From positions 32,001 to 96,000 of IMG/VR virus record IMGVR_UViG_3300034101_003554: a stretch of 64,000 nucleotides of DNA. One strand, written 5' to 3'. Each line of letters begins with the position of its first letter. Position 1 is the first letter of the stretch. The notes under the pieces are model-generated. The model ran no database searches and had not been told where the DNA came from. It saw only the letters and a program-made list of their open reading frames with translations. Both the position numbers and the translations under genes were made by a program. Of this stretch, positions 1-10,487 are shown in pieces. This DNA comes from a virus.

Positions 1-325
1 TTCTGAACTTATTTAAATGGTGCATCATATTATAAGCTAAATGAGAACCTCCATCTTTAACATCTTTGAATAATCTAATATTATTAAGAATACCCAAAGT
101 ATCAACCATTGAGTTTACCCCAAGTTTTCTTTTGTTTACACCTGGTGCGTAGTTATCATATTCATCAGCAGTACCAACAATTTCATCCAATGGAATTACA
201 TTTTCTGGAACACAACGAGGTGGTGTATCAGTTTTTTCTTTTGAATTTTCATTATTTGAGTTTTCCAATAATTTTTTTCTGATAACTCGTCTAATGTCGG
301 ATTCGTTTATTATTATTCTTTTCAT
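1..325 (-). CDS. hypothetical late protein, runs off the window start
   Basis: ATG at 325 gives MKRIIINESDIRRVIRKKLLE; ATATTTAT motif upstream. Confidence 0.7.
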   Translation of the reverse strand, partial: MKRIIINESDIRRVIRKKLLENSNNENSKEKTDTPPRCVPENVIPLDEIVGTADEYDNYAPGVNKRKLGVNSMVDTLGILNNIRLFKDVKDGGSHLAYNMMHHLNKFR

Positions 326-354
326 AAATTTTATTTTATAAATATTACAATTAT

Positions 355-1932
355 TTAGATTTCAATAATATTATTTACATAACCCCAAGTTTCTCTAGGT
401 ATTTTTCCTTCTAACTCTGAAAAATGTGCATTATCTCTTAACGCTTCGGTATAAACTTTAAGATAAGGACCACTATTATAACCAGCCAAAGCTAAATCAA
501 CTCTACCTTTAAATCTATCTAATAAAAAGTCCATAAGTTTAACATAAGCATTTAAAGCATCAGGAACATTACAAGGGTCACCACCTCCACCATATGCACT
601 CCATGCTGATGGTATAAATTGTGAAAGACCCATTGCACCAGCGGGTGACAATGTTTCACAACTAATAACATCGGGTCTAAAAAATATAGATTCAACAGCT
701 AATTGTTGTACAGCAATTTCAGGGTCTAAACCAATTGACCTAACATCACTGGCAAAGTCATCATAACTTACATCATTTTTTTCTAATAATGATTTAAACT
801 TTGATAATAAAGATGGAGTTAACTTTGAATTACCCATTAATTCTTCAAAAGTATCAACATCTTCTGGAGTATATATTTGTGTTTTTTCTAATTGTACATC
901 AGCGAACATTTCATCAGGTATTTTTTTACTAGACAAAACATCAATTAGCTTATTTTTTGTTCTTTCATCAAAAATACCATCATCAGGTAAACCATATTTT
1001 TCTTTAAATTTTTTAACGGCCATTTCAGTTTCTTCACCAAACTTACCATCAACACCATAAACAGGTAAACTAAGTCCTAATAATTGTAGCCCTAATTGAA
1101 GGAATTTAACAATTGGGGTTTCTATTATTTCACCAGTAAATTCTAATCTAGTTTCTTCGGTTAATCGTTTTTTAAACGAACTCTCATTTAAATTTTTAAG
1201 TGAAGATATTAATTGTTTTTTTAATTTTTCTTGTGGTCCAAAAATAAACTCAGAAGGATTTTCAATAAATTTTTTCAATTTAGTAAAAAATGAATCTTCA
1301 GTTTTTGGACTTTCTTTAGATTGGTCTATATACTTCTCAACATGATTAGCCATTAATTTGTGAGCCCAAGCGTGTGGATGTGTACTATCAGATGTCCATG
1401 AATTATCACCTACAATTTTAGGAATAATAACCGCATTTGTTAGATTTTTTAAATATTTTTGAAACTCAATCATTTTTTCACGTTTCTCAACCATACATTC
1501 TGCGTCACAATATATTGTTGGTACTAATTTTTTTGGCATAACACTTTCAGCATCATAACCAATAAAAACATATGGTGTCCCATCGGATTCGTTAACCATA
1601 TTAATCATTGTTTGAATATTACTAAATGCTCTTTCTTTTGATATGTTTGAAAACATATCATTAGTACCCCCATATATAAAAACTTTATCATATGTGTTAT
1701 TTGTTAATTCATTTTCCAATTCATCTAACATCCAATCGGTTCTTGTACCACCCTTTACAATATGTTTTACATTCCAATTTGGATGATTTTTTTCAATTAA
1801 ATAATTCCAAGTCCATCCAGGACCAGCACTTAAACTATCCCCAATGAATAATACATTAATTTCATCATCTTCAGATTCAGAAATTATGGCAATTATTTTT
1901 TTTAATTGCGATTCTTTTATTATAATTTTCAT
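355..1932 (-). CDS. SGNH hydrolase + peptidoglycan-binding + SLT lytic transglycosylase fusion
   Basis: GDSL, GGTND, DSTHP (SGNH); VDGKFGEETEMAVKKFK (PG-binding); VES, GAMGLSQF, ALAGYNSG (SLT). Confidence 0.85.
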   Translation of the reverse strand: MKIIIKESQLKKIIAIISESEDDEINVLFIGDSLSAGPGWTWNYLIEKNHPNWNVKHIVKGGTRTDWMLDELENELTNNTYDKVFIYGGTNDMFSNISKERAFSNIQTMINMVNESDGTPYVFIGYDAESVMPKKLVPTIYCDAECMVEKREKMIEFQKYLKNLTNAVIIPKIVGDNSWTSDSTHPHAWAHKLMANHVEKYIDQSKESPKTEDSFFTKLKKFIENPSEFIFGPQEKLKKQLISSLKNLNESSFKKRLTEETRLEFTGEIIETPIVKFLQLGLQLLGLSLPVYGVDGKFGEETEMAVKKFKEKYGLPDDGIFDERTKNKLIDVLSSKKIPDEMFADVQLEKTQIYTPEDVDTFEELMGNSKLTPSLLSKFKSLLEKNDVSYDDFASDVRSIGLDPEIAVQQLAVESIFFRPDVISCETLSPAGAMGLSQFIPSAWSAYGGGGDPCNVPDALNAYVKLMDFLLDRFKGRVDLALAGYNSGPYLKVYTEALRDNAHFSELEGKIPRETWGYVNNIIEI

Positions 1933-2005
1933 AATATTATTTTTATTTTATAAATATAATTGTAAATAAAAAAACCCCATATATAAATGAGGTTTTTGTC
2001 AGTCT

Positions 2006-2194
2006 TTAATCTTTATTTTTTTCATTTGGTATAATAGTATTCATCCAAATATCAAAAATTAGGAAATATATCCACCAATTTAACATTGATAGTGGGTAGG
2101 CTTCAGGATTATAAGAAGTCATAAAAAGTAAATAAGAAACTTTAATAAGAATATAGATTTGTATAATCGTGTGAAAAAACGAATAAAATTTCAT
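2006..2194 (-). CDS. small membrane protein
   Basis: 62 aa with two hydrophobic segments. Confidence 0.55.
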   Translation of the reverse strand: MKFYSFFHTIIQIYILIKVSYLLFMTSYNPEAYPLSMLNWWIYFLIFDIWMNTIIPNEKNKD

Positions 2195-2266
2195 AATAGT
2201 TATTTAATTGTTTGATGGTTAATATATGATTATAAAAGTAAGAATATTTATCTAAAAAAACAAATT

Positions 2267-2893
2267 ATGAGAAATAGTTTAGACAATCTAATAAAAAAAG
2301 TTTTGAGGGAATCTCTTAACCCCCCAATGAGATTAACAGAACCTTGTATGATATCTGAAGATTTAAAATATCACTTGGAAAACAGAATATCATTAAATGA
2401 AAATATCTTTAGAATATATTCTGACAAATATTTTAAATTAATCAATGAAGTTAGAAATTTATATTATCAAGGTAATATTAGATTAAACGAAGATGATATT
2501 TGGTTGGTTGAATCTGATTTGGGTAAAAAGGTATTATTAGAAAATGGTGATGAAGTATGGTTAGATGCCCCAATGTTTGAAGAGGAAGTTGAGGAGTTAT
2601 TATTTGAAGCGAAACATCGTGGAAAGAATGTTAAATTAAACTCCCCATTTAGAACACCAGGAAGTCCTAAAAAATTTGCTGTTTATGTAAAAACACCAAA
2701 AGGGACAATTAAAAAAGTAACATTTGGAGACCCAAATCTTAAAGTGAGAAATAGAAATCCAAAAGCAGCAAAATCATTTAGAGCAAGACATAATTGTGCC
2801 CAAAAGAAAGACAGAACAATGGCCGGGTACTGGAGTTGCAATGTTGGGAGGCATGCCAAAAAATTGGGATTAAAATCTAGTGCTAATTGGTAA
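2267..2893 (+). CDS. phage hypothetical protein (KKFAVYVK..VTFGD motif)
   Basis: ORF after ATATTTAT motif; basic C-terminal domain. Confidence 0.7.
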   Translation: MRNSLDNLIKKVLRESLNPPMRLTEPCMISEDLKYHLENRISLNENIFRIYSDKYFKLINEVRNLYYQGNIRLNEDDIWLVESDLGKKVLLENGDEVWLDAPMFEEEVEELLFEAKHRGKNVKLNSPFRTPGSPKKFAVYVKTPKGTIKKVTFGDPNLKVRNRNPKAAKSFRARHNCAQKKDRTMAGYWSCNVGRHAKKLGLKSSANW

Positions 2894-3162
2894 TGAAAAA
2901 TTTACCCTTTCAACAAGAAATAATTGATGACATTAGAATCAGAACATTTGATGAAAATGTTGATGATGAAGAATTAAAATGGCATAGAGATAGAGAAAAT
3001 AGACTTGTTGAAATCTTAGAAAGTGATAATTGGTATTTACAAATGGATAATGAACTTCCCATCAAATTAATTGTTGGGGAGAAATATTTTATCCCAGAGG
3101 GTGTTTATCATCGTGTTATTAAAGGAAAAAGTAATTTGAAAGTCAAAATTAATATGCACTAA
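2887..3162 (+). CDS. small cupin-like protein
   Basis: WHRD..E and FIPEGVYHRV motifs. Confidence 0.6.
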   Translation: MVMKNLPFQQEIIDDIRIRTFDENVDDEELKWHRDRENRLVEILESDNWYLQMDNELPIKLIVGEKYFIPEGVYHRVIKGKSNLKVKINMH

Positions 3163-3973
3163 TTTTACCAAAACTATGTTTTAATTCAGGTTTACTTTTT
3201 TCTTGAACTAAAAATACATCACCTTCTTCCATTTCTTTATAATTTGGATGGTCATAGTCCTCAGAAAGATAATCAGAATCTTGAATTACTAAAAACTTTT
3301 TTCTACTCATCAATCGGTTATAAAATTCTGGGGAAATAACATCATCTGGCACCATATTTTCAAATTTTTTAGTAAAATTAATATCGTAAGATAGATATCT
3401 AGTCATTTTAACTAAAGTTTCATTAACTGCTTTAATCTCTCCCTTACCATCACATATTTCACATTCTAAATCACCATCACCTCCACAATCAGAACAAGTT
3501 TCACTACCTCGTCCATAACAATTACTACATTTTACTTCCCCGCCACCTTCACAATCATAACAATCGTCCCCATCACTATCAACACCATCACCATCACAGA
3601 CATCACATTCTACTCTACCATCACCACCACATTCAGAACAATCTACTTCTCCATCGCCATGACATTTTATACAACCTACATTACCACCACCATCACATTC
3701 ATAACATTCTTTATTTGGATTAAAACTTAAAATTTCTCCAATAGTAAATCTAGAGTAGTTATTACTAATAAAGTCATATAATTTAGATAAATCGACTGAA
3801 AATCTTTGTTCATAAGTTAAAAAACAAAATAACATTACGTCTTTACCATTCATAACATCTAAAAGATTCTGATCAACATAGTCACTTAAATTTATATAAA
3901 TTTCTTGAGGGGAATCGTAATTGTCAAAATAGTCTACATCTTCAACAATTTTAATTAAGGTTTTCTTATTCAT
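3149..3973 (-). CDS. DnaJ-type cysteine-rich zinc-finger protein
   Basis: eight CxxCxGxG repeats; no J-domain HPD motif. Confidence 0.75.
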   Translation of the reverse strand: MNKKTLIKIVEDVDYFDNYDSPQEIYINLSDYVDQNLLDVMNGKDVMLFCFLTYEQRFSVDLSKLYDFISNNYSRFTIGEILSFNPNKECYECDGGGNVGCIKCHGDGEVDCSECGGDGRVECDVCDGDGVDSDGDDCYDCEGGGEVKCSNCYGRGSETCSDCGGDGDLECEICDGKGEIKAVNETLVKMTRYLSYDINFTKKFENMVPDDVISPEFYNRLMSRKKFLVIQDSDYLSEDYDHPNYKEMEEGDVFLVQEKSKPELKHSFGKISAY

Positions 3974-3974
3974 A

Positions 3975-5000
3975 TTATTTATAATACCTTTTTAAGGCAT
4001 TCTCCGTAATAAATATATATTCAGTATCTTTAAATTCTTCTAAATTCTTTGAGTTAGTATATGACATTGCAGATTTAAGATAATCTTGTAGATTCTCAAG
4101 CCATTTATCCAAGGTATATTCAACTTTATTATATTTTGATATACCTTCAGATGTTATTAGTTTATCTCTACCCCATTTTTTTTGTACTTCTTTTGTACTC
4201 ATACCTCTAAATTTTTTATACATATATTTTCTAAGGTATGGTAAGTTATTCCAAATATAAGTTGATGTTGAATCATTTAATTTAATCCATTTATTGAAAT
4301 AAATTGGGGAACAAGATTCAAGACATTTGTTTAATACTCCACCTAACATAATATAATCAGCACCAAGGGCTAATGCTTTAATTATATCGTCATAATTTCT
4401 AAATCCACCATCAGCAACAATATTGGTTTTATAACCTCTTTTCTTTTTAATTTGACAACATTCTGAAATTAGAGAAGCCATAGGGTAATGAACACCAGTA
4501 TTAGCAGATGTTAGACACCCTGAACCACCACCAATACCAACACGAATATAATCAACACCAAGTTCAGCAAATTTCTCGTATGTTGTTGGATTGGCAATAT
4601 TACCAATCATTAATTCTTGGTCTGTTTTGATATTTTCAATGAAGTATTTACATAAGTCATATAATTTTGACATATGACCATTTGCGATATCAACAAGAAT
4701 TTTTTGATATATTGGTACTTTCTCAAATTTTTGATGTTTCAATACCATTAGTTCAAAATCATATAATGATATTGATGTAAAAACATTATTATCACTTGAA
4801 TATTCCCCTCTTGGTAAACAAACTTCTAAATTGTTACTTAAAAACTTTTTATAATTTGAATTATCTACCACAGTATCCATTGGACTTACTATAATGGGTA
4901 GGGTGACATTTTCGGTTAAAATGTTAATTTCACTTCTTGAATCAATATTTGTAATTGTTTCTGGAACTAAGGTGATGTCTTTAAAATCAAATTTCTGCAT
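3975..5000 (-). CDS. guaC: GMP reductase / IMPDH-family oxidoreductase
   Basis: SPMDTV, VDIANGH, RVGIGGGSGCLT, ADGG, KFRGM, SEGI motifs; no CBS domains. Confidence 0.8.
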   Translation of the reverse strand: MQKFDFKDITLVPETITNIDSRSEINILTENVTLPIIVSPMDTVVDNSNYKKFLSNNLEVCLPRGEYSSDNNVFTSISLYDFELMVLKHQKFEKVPIYQKILVDIANGHMSKLYDLCKYFIENIKTDQELMIGNIANPTTYEKFAELGVDYIRVGIGGGSGCLTSANTGVHYPMASLISECCQIKKKRGYKTNIVADGGFRNYDDIIKALALGADYIMLGGVLNKCLESCSPIYFNKWIKLNDSTSTYIWNNLPYLRKYMYKKFRGMSTKEVQKKWGRDKLITSEGISKYNKVEYTLDKWLENLQDYLKSAMSYTNSKNLEEFKDTEYIFITENALKRYYK

Positions 5001-5054
5001 ATGTAATTTATATTTGTTTAGCTAAAACATAAATCAATAATTTAAGAAATTCAA

Positions 5055-5681
5055 TTATTTACCTTTAAATCTTCTAACCATTTTTGTAATTAAATCTTTG
5101 AAAAGAATACCTGATATAGTTAAACCAGTAAAAGCAATAACTCTTGTTGCCAAATTTTTTAAATCACTATTTGTTACTAATCCATCAGTTACCATTTGAT
5201 ATATCATTGGGATGATTGGTATTATAAAGGTATAACTCAACATATTTGTTATTCTATGGAATGTGACACCCAAACTTTCAACAAAATCAGAAAAAACTGA
5301 TTTTAATTCGTTTGTTTTTTTTGATGATATTTTAAATTGTTTTAAAATACCATCTTCCTTTATTTTATCTAATATTTTATTGTTAAGTTCTTTATTTTCA
5401 ATTAAATGTGTTGATATGACACCAAGAATAATAAGAAATACTTGTAAATCGGTTAATTCTGGGAATCTACCTCTTACGAAATCTTCAACAGGACCCATAA
5501 ATCCACCAATACCTGCCCCCCAAGTTAAAAGAAATTGAAGATTCATTCCAATTTGAGTTTGAACTTCTGAAATCAATTTTTTTACTCTTTCAGCATTTTG
5601 TTTGATAATACTTCCAAGGTCTTCACCTATGTTTTCAAGTAATATCATTCTTTTTTGACTTTCTGTAATTATAATTCTCAT
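5055..5681 (-). CDS. hypothetical membrane protein
   Basis: N-terminal MRIIITESQ motif, hydrophobic segments. Confidence 0.7.
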   Translation of the reverse strand: MRIIITESQKRMILLENIGEDLGSIIKQNAERVKKLISEVQTQIGMNLQFLLTWGAGIGGFMGPVEDFVRGRFPELTDLQVFLIILGVISTHLIENKELNNKILDKIKEDGILKQFKISSKKTNELKSVFSDFVESLGVTFHRITNMLSYTFIIPIIPMIYQMVTDGLVTNSDLKNLATRVIAFTGLTISGILFKDLITKMVRRFKGK

Positions 5682-5729
5682 ATCAATAAATATTTAAATA
5701 AATACATAATATTTATAAATAAAAAGAAC

Positions 5730-6230
5730 ATGAACGCATATTTTTTTAAAATGAACAAAGCGGAAAGGAATGACATTCTTGACCAACACAGACAAGTCTA
5801 TGATGGATTTGTTACAACATATGGACAACAAATAAATCAACAACCACTTTATGTCCAAGATTATGCAAATGATAAAGGTGGGATAACTGTTAATAATAAA
5901 GGTGAAGTTAAATCATATACCAATATGAGAATAAATGAAATGAGATATGATGGTAAAAGTACTGGATTATTTTCTGAGGAGGAAGATGATTATACTTATA
6001 TGACACCAACACAAAAAGATTTTACTGGTCAAGATATGATTGGAGATGGTGATGATGATGATTTGGATAAACCTTATTTTATGGAAATGGAAGAAGATGA
6101 TGACTATTTTGAAGAATATGAGGGTGACATTGATTTAAGTGATGAGGATGTTGATGATGACATAATAGAACCACTTCAAGAACAAGTTAATAAAACTTTG
6201 GATATGTTTAAACGATTTAAAAATTATTAA
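5730..6230 (+). CDS. acidic hypothetical protein
   Basis: ATG 5730 after ATATTTAT motif. Confidence 0.7.
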   Translation: MNAYFFKMNKAERNDILDQHRQVYDGFVTTYGQQINQQPLYVQDYANDKGGITVNNKGEVKSYTNMRINEMRYDGKSTGLFSEEEDDYTYMTPTQKDFTGQDMIGDGDDDDLDKPYFMEMEEDDDYFEEYEGDIDLSDEDVDDDIIEPLQEQVNKTLDMFKRFKNY

Positions 6231-6232
6231 AA

Positions 6233-6526
6233 ATGGAAATTATTGAAATTATAACATTTCATATTAATAAACTAGAAGAAGTTTTAGAAGTTACATTTAG
6301 AACTAATTCAGATAGTGAAGAAGAGTGTAGAGAAGCTGAAATCCCATTTATTGAAATCGATGATTTTGGGTATAATTTTCATACAGATATAGATGAATTT
6401 AATTCAAGTGATGATTATGAAGACATTGATGATGATTTGTTCATTGACGAAAATGAAATATTATCATTTCTTAATGAATATTATGTTTTATTTATGGATA
6501 AATTACCAAAACCAGAATTACTATAA
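6233..6526 (+). CDS. acidic hypothetical protein
   Basis: operon-like spacing. Confidence 0.65.
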   Translation: MEIIEIITFHINKLEEVLEVTFRTNSDSEEECREAEIPFIEIDDFGYNFHTDIDEFNSSDDYEDIDDDLFIDENEILSFLNEYYVLFMDKLPKPELL

Positions 6527-6774
6527 TGGAAAATTACGAAATTGACAAAATAATTAGTTTAATGAAAAGATACACCCCCAAAAAAGATATTGATGGTGAA
6601 CTTGATGAACAAGATGCCGCACCAGCCGCTAGTGGTGGAGGGACTAAACCTGTTTATCCTACAGTAACAAAATGGGAGTCAGGTGTAACTAGAGGACCTG
6701 CAAATCAAATTGGAAATACTAAATGGAGAGATATTGTAAAAGTAACTAGAGGTAAAGCAAATACTTTGTTATAA
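6526..6774 (+). CDS. hypothetical protein
   Basis: overlapping stop/start; repeated TKW..VTRG.AN motif. Confidence 0.65.
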   Translation: MENYEIDKIISLMKRYTPKKDIDGELDEQDAAPAASGGGTKPVYPTVTKWESGVTRGPANQIGNTKWRDIVKVTRGKANTLL

Positions 6775-6803
6775 ACAATATATTTATTAAATAAAAAAAC
6801 ATT

Positions 6804-7451
6804 ATGGACAATAATTTAAAAAGTTTAATATCTGAAAAACTTAATAGAACAAAAAAAACAATACTAAGAGAAAGGACTGAAGTTAAATATAGATTCAAAA
6901 TAATTAAAGAATTGAATAAAAATAAATCAAAAGAAAAATTGATTGATGATATTATAACTGAAATGTTCTATCTAAATTCAAATGGATATAAAAAAAGTGT
7001 TATTTCTGAAAATATAATTGATTGGTTTAAAAATTTATTAGGGTTTGGTGATAACACTATGATTGAACCGGTTATTGACACATTTAAAGAATCTCTTTTA
7101 GGATATCTTATCAAAATAATTACACCTGGGTCAACAAATAGTTATTTAGCTAATATTGTTAAAACTGGTTTAGCGGATATTGATATGAGTGATTTAAGTA
7201 AATTAACAGATTGTGAGTTTTTATCTGACACAATAACTAAAGCTATAGTTGAAGGAACGGTTAATAAATTGAAAAATAATGCTGGTATGACTGGTGGTAT
7301 TTATGATGTTGTTAGAAATGGATTAGTTGACCAATTAGATAATATGGAATTTGCAAAAAATATCAAAGAAGGTATTAATAACTTTATCTGTGATGCGATT
7401 GTTGATAAAATATCTTTATTAAAAGATAAAATTGAGGACATTACTGGATAA
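6804..7451 (+). CDS. hypothetical protein
   Basis: 215 aa ORF after ATATTTAT. Confidence 0.7.
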   Translation: MDNNLKSLISEKLNRTKKTILRERTEVKYRFKIIKELNKNKSKEKLIDDIITEMFYLNSNGYKKSVISENIIDWFKNLLGFGDNTMIEPVIDTFKESLLGYLIKIITPGSTNSYLANIVKTGLADIDMSDLSKLTDCEFLSDTITKAIVEGTVNKLKNNAGMTGGIYDVVRNGLVDQLDNMEFAKNIKEGINNFICDAIVDKISLLKDKIEDITG

Positions 7452-7526
7452 TGTAAAGAAACCTGTAAGGTAGTGCTTACATGGGATAAACTCGACTAAA
7501 AGAAAGGGAGGTATCCAACATCTACC

Positions 7527-7550
7527 AAAAGGACGTGAAAACGTCCTTTT
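7527..7550. terminator. bidirectional intrinsic terminator
   Basis: AAAAGGACG-TGAAAA-CGTCCTTTT between convergent genes. Confidence 0.75.
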
Positions 7551-7555
7551 GTGTT

Positions 7556-8074
7556 TTAGTAGATATCGTTTTTAAATTCATTCCAAACTTGACCAACTGA
7601 TGAATTTAATATCTCTGAGAATATTGTTGGTTCGTAAGGTCTAGTATTTAATTTCATATTTGCTTCTTCAGGAGTTCTATCTCCTTTCAATCTATTACAA
7701 CTTGAACAACAAGTAATCAAATTCATCCAAGTGTTTTGTCCTCCTTTTGATTTGGGTATAATGTGATCAATTGTTAAATTTTTCTTACTACCACAATAAG
7801 TACATTCATTATTATCTCTTTTGTAAATTCTTTGTCTATTGATTCTTAATTTGTTGACTCTGAACTTAACAAAATTTAATAATCTAATTATTAATGGTCG
7901 TACAAACTGATTAACCCCAGATAAAATTGGTTTATCACTTGCTTTAATAACTTCAGCCTTACCTTTATTAACCAAGATAAATCCTTTATATACAGATGTT
8001 ACATTTATTGGGGTGAAATCCGCATTTAATACTAATACTTTTTCCATATTTGTTTTGTTGATTATACATTTCAA
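7556..8074 (-). CDS. HNH endonuclease
   Basis: RDNNECTYCG, LTIDHIIPKSKGG, NLITCCSSCNRLKG; true start probably MEKVLVLN. Confidence 0.9.
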   Translation of the reverse strand: MKCIINKTNMEKVLVLNADFTPINVTSVYKGFILVNKGKAEVIKASDKPILSGVNQFVRPLIIRLLNFVKFRVNKLRINRQRIYKRDNNECTYCGSKKNLTIDHIIPKSKGGQNTWMNLITCCSSCNRLKGDRTPEEANMKLNTRPYEPTIFSEILNSSVGQVWNEFKNDIY

Positions 8075-8191
8075 TCAAATCTAAATACTCTTTTACATAT
8101 TATCAAATAAGAAAAAATATTTTATTCATTTTTGAATGAAAAATTTGTTTGTTTGAACCTTAAAATATATCTTTGTGTAAAATTAATCCCA

Positions 8192-8569
8192 ATGAAACAG
8201 AAAACACTTGATGCCATAAAATCAAATATTGAAACTGATGGTTTAATCAACACATCAGAACAATTTGGACTTAGTGTCAATAAATTAATTGAACTTTGTG
8301 ATTTACATTACAAAACATTTGAGGATATTGATTTCCAGCCTAATTGGGCAGGAGGTGTTGCTGGTAAAATTATGTTTGAAAATGGGTATGGTGCTTCGGT
8401 AATTCGTAATGAACAATCATATGGTGGTCATATAGGTTTATATGAATTGGCCGTACTTGACAATTATGGTAAATTAACTTATGATACCCCAATTACTGAT
8501 GATGTTCTTGGATATCTAAAACCAGAAGAAGTAACAAATTATTTAATTCAAATACAAGATTTAAAATGA
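8192..8569 (+). CDS. phage hypothetical protein
   Basis: FENGYGASVI..GLYELAVL motif; TAtcTTTG promoter upstream. Confidence 0.7.
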   Translation: MKQKTLDAIKSNIETDGLINTSEQFGLSVNKLIELCDLHYKTFEDIDFQPNWAGGVAGKIMFENGYGASVIRNEQSYGGHIGLYELAVLDNYGKLTYDTPITDDVLGYLKPEEVTNYLIQIQDLK

Positions 8570-8757
8570 AAAATTTAAAGTTAAACCAAGATGAATTTGT
8601 GTTATTAACCTCTCATTCTATGATGTTAAGAAATCATTTTATTGATGAGATGAACAAATCACAACACGAGGAGGTCAAAAATTATTATCAAAAAGAAATT
8701 GACAATATCAATAAACTTTTTGATATTTTGAATGAAAAATTTAAAACAAATATTTAA
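8566..8757 (+). CDS. hypothetical protein
   Basis: coupled to upstream ORF. Confidence 0.6.
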   Translation: MKNLKLNQDEFVLLTSHSMMLRNHFIDEMNKSQHEEVKNYYQKEIDNINKLFDILNEKFKTNI

Positions 8758-8822
8758 AATTTCACTTGACAAACCAAAGTATATATTTTATACTTTCAAA
8801 ACAAATTCAAAAACAGAATATT

Positions 8823-10226
8823 ATGAACTTCTTAGACGCATTACAGACAGAAGATACTTTAACTGAAAATGGTATGGTTACAAATTCATCAACTCTTAAC
8901 GAGTGTGTGAATCTATTCTTTACTATTGGAGCAATGAGAGGACAAGACAAAGAAAGATTGTTAAGTCTATTCTCAAAGGCTTTCATTGAGAGTCCTAAAA
9001 CTGCATTGCGTATATTATTTTGGGCAAGAGATGTTCGTGGTGGTGCTGGTGAAAGACAAATATTCCGTGATATAATCCAACTCTTAGCAGAGGTGGCACC
9101 AAAAGTATTGGCAAAGAATATTAAATTCATCCCTGAATTCGGTCGTTGGGACGATCTTACAGTCCTATTCAACACAAAAGTGAATGACGATGCGATTGAC
9201 ACAATAGTACAAGGTTTAGAAGCCAAAAATGGACTATGTGCAAAGTGGATGCCAAGAAAAGGAGTTATTTTTAACTCAATCAGGAAGGTTATGGGTCTTA
9301 CACCAAAATCATTACGTAAAACTTTGGTTGTTCTTTCCAAAACGGTCGAGCAAAAGATGTGTGCTAACGAGTGGACAAATATTGAATACTCAAAAGTACC
9401 ATCTTTGGCTATGGCTCGATACACCAAAGCGTTCTCTAAACACAATTTAATTGGTTTTGGAGAATACTTGGAATCATTGAAAAAAGGTGAGACCAAAGTA
9501 AATGCTGGGGCTGTATATCCATATGATGTTATTAAAACCTTGGAACAAGGTGTCAAAGATTTGGCAATAGAACAATGGAAAGCTCTCCCCAACTTTATGG
9601 AAGGAAGTACTGAAAGAATTTTACCAGTAGTTGATGTATCAGGTTCAATGATTAATTTAGCCGGTAACAATAGTAATCTAACTTGTTTGGATGTCGCAGT
9701 ATCATTGGGATTATATATTTCAGAAAGAAATGAAGGTTCTTTTAAAGACTCTTTCATTACATTCTCTGAGAGACCGCAATTACAAAAGTTGAGAGGTAAT
9801 CTATATGATAGATACACACAACTACGTGTAGCTGAATGGGGTATGAGTACAAACTTGGAGTCTGTGTTCAAATTGATTTTAAACCAATCAATTAAACACA
9901 ATGTACCTCAAAGTGAGATGCCGACTAAAATCCTTATCTTATCAGATATGGAATTTAATCAAGCAACTGGTCGTAATAATTCCGCAATTCAAATGATTCG
10001 TGAAGAATATGAGAATAGTGGATATCAACTACCTGGTATTATCTTTTGGAACATACAATCGAGAGGAGATAACTTCCCTGTTCGTTTTGATGAAAGTGGG
10101 ACAGCGTTAATATCTGGTTTTAGTCCTTCAATCTTGAAGTCAATTCTTGGTGGAAAAGAACTATCACCAGTATTAATTATGACCGAAACCATTGAGTCCG
10201 AAAGATACAAGATGATAGAAGTTTAA
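8823..10226 (+). CDS. DUF2828-family protein (TROVE-like helical domain + vWA domain)
   Basis: RDVRGGAGER, FGRWDDL, AKWMPR, vWA MIDAS DVSGSM, ILSDMEF; ATG 8823. Confidence 0.8.
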   Translation: MNFLDALQTEDTLTENGMVTNSSTLNECVNLFFTIGAMRGQDKERLLSLFSKAFIESPKTALRILFWARDVRGGAGERQIFRDIIQLLAEVAPKVLAKNIKFIPEFGRWDDLTVLFNTKVNDDAIDTIVQGLEAKNGLCAKWMPRKGVIFNSIRKVMGLTPKSLRKTLVVLSKTVEQKMCANEWTNIEYSKVPSLAMARYTKAFSKHNLIGFGEYLESLKKGETKVNAGAVYPYDVIKTLEQGVKDLAIEQWKALPNFMEGSTERILPVVDVSGSMINLAGNNSNLTCLDVAVSLGLYISERNEGSFKDSFITFSERPQLQKLRGNLYDRYTQLRVAEWGMSTNLESVFKLILNQSIKHNVPQSEMPTKILILSDMEFNQATGRNNSAIQMIREEYENSGYQLPGIIFWNIQSRGDNFPVRFDESGTALISGFSPSILKSILGGKELSPVLIMTETIESERYKMIEV

Positions 10227-10233
10227 AAAAAAT

Positions 10234-10365
10234 GGAAAAATTGGTTTAAAAGGAATGATTACTGCAAAGTTAACACAACAAATCAATGAGGGGGGTTAGT
10301 CTCACTTTCCTAATCGCACGGGAATAAATTACTAACCAAAAACCCATTCTGAAACCAATTTTTCC
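10234..10365 (+). ncRNA. structured RNA motif, copy 1
   Basis: 14-bp closing stem GGAAAAATTGGTTT/AAACCAATTTTTCC, inner GAATG/CATTC, ATTACTGCAA. Confidence 0.6.
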
Positions 10366-10420
10366 TATTTTTTCTTGACTTAATGAAACTTTTAAATTAA
10401 ATTTACGTTATATAGAACAA

Positions 10421-10479
10421 AGGATAGATTCAGCAAATTAAAATATCAAATTTAGTCAAATTGAACAAAAACTATCCTG
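10421..10479 (+). ncRNA. structured RNA motif, copy 2
   Basis: AGGATAG/CTATCCT stem followed by ATTCAGCAA. Confidence 0.55.
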
Positions 10480-10487
10480 ACAATTAA

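Noticed and set aside
8807-9901. 364-aa antisense ORF
   Set aside because: Shadow of the DUF2828 gene with no motifs; the same applies to antisense ORFs over clpC, portal and capsid
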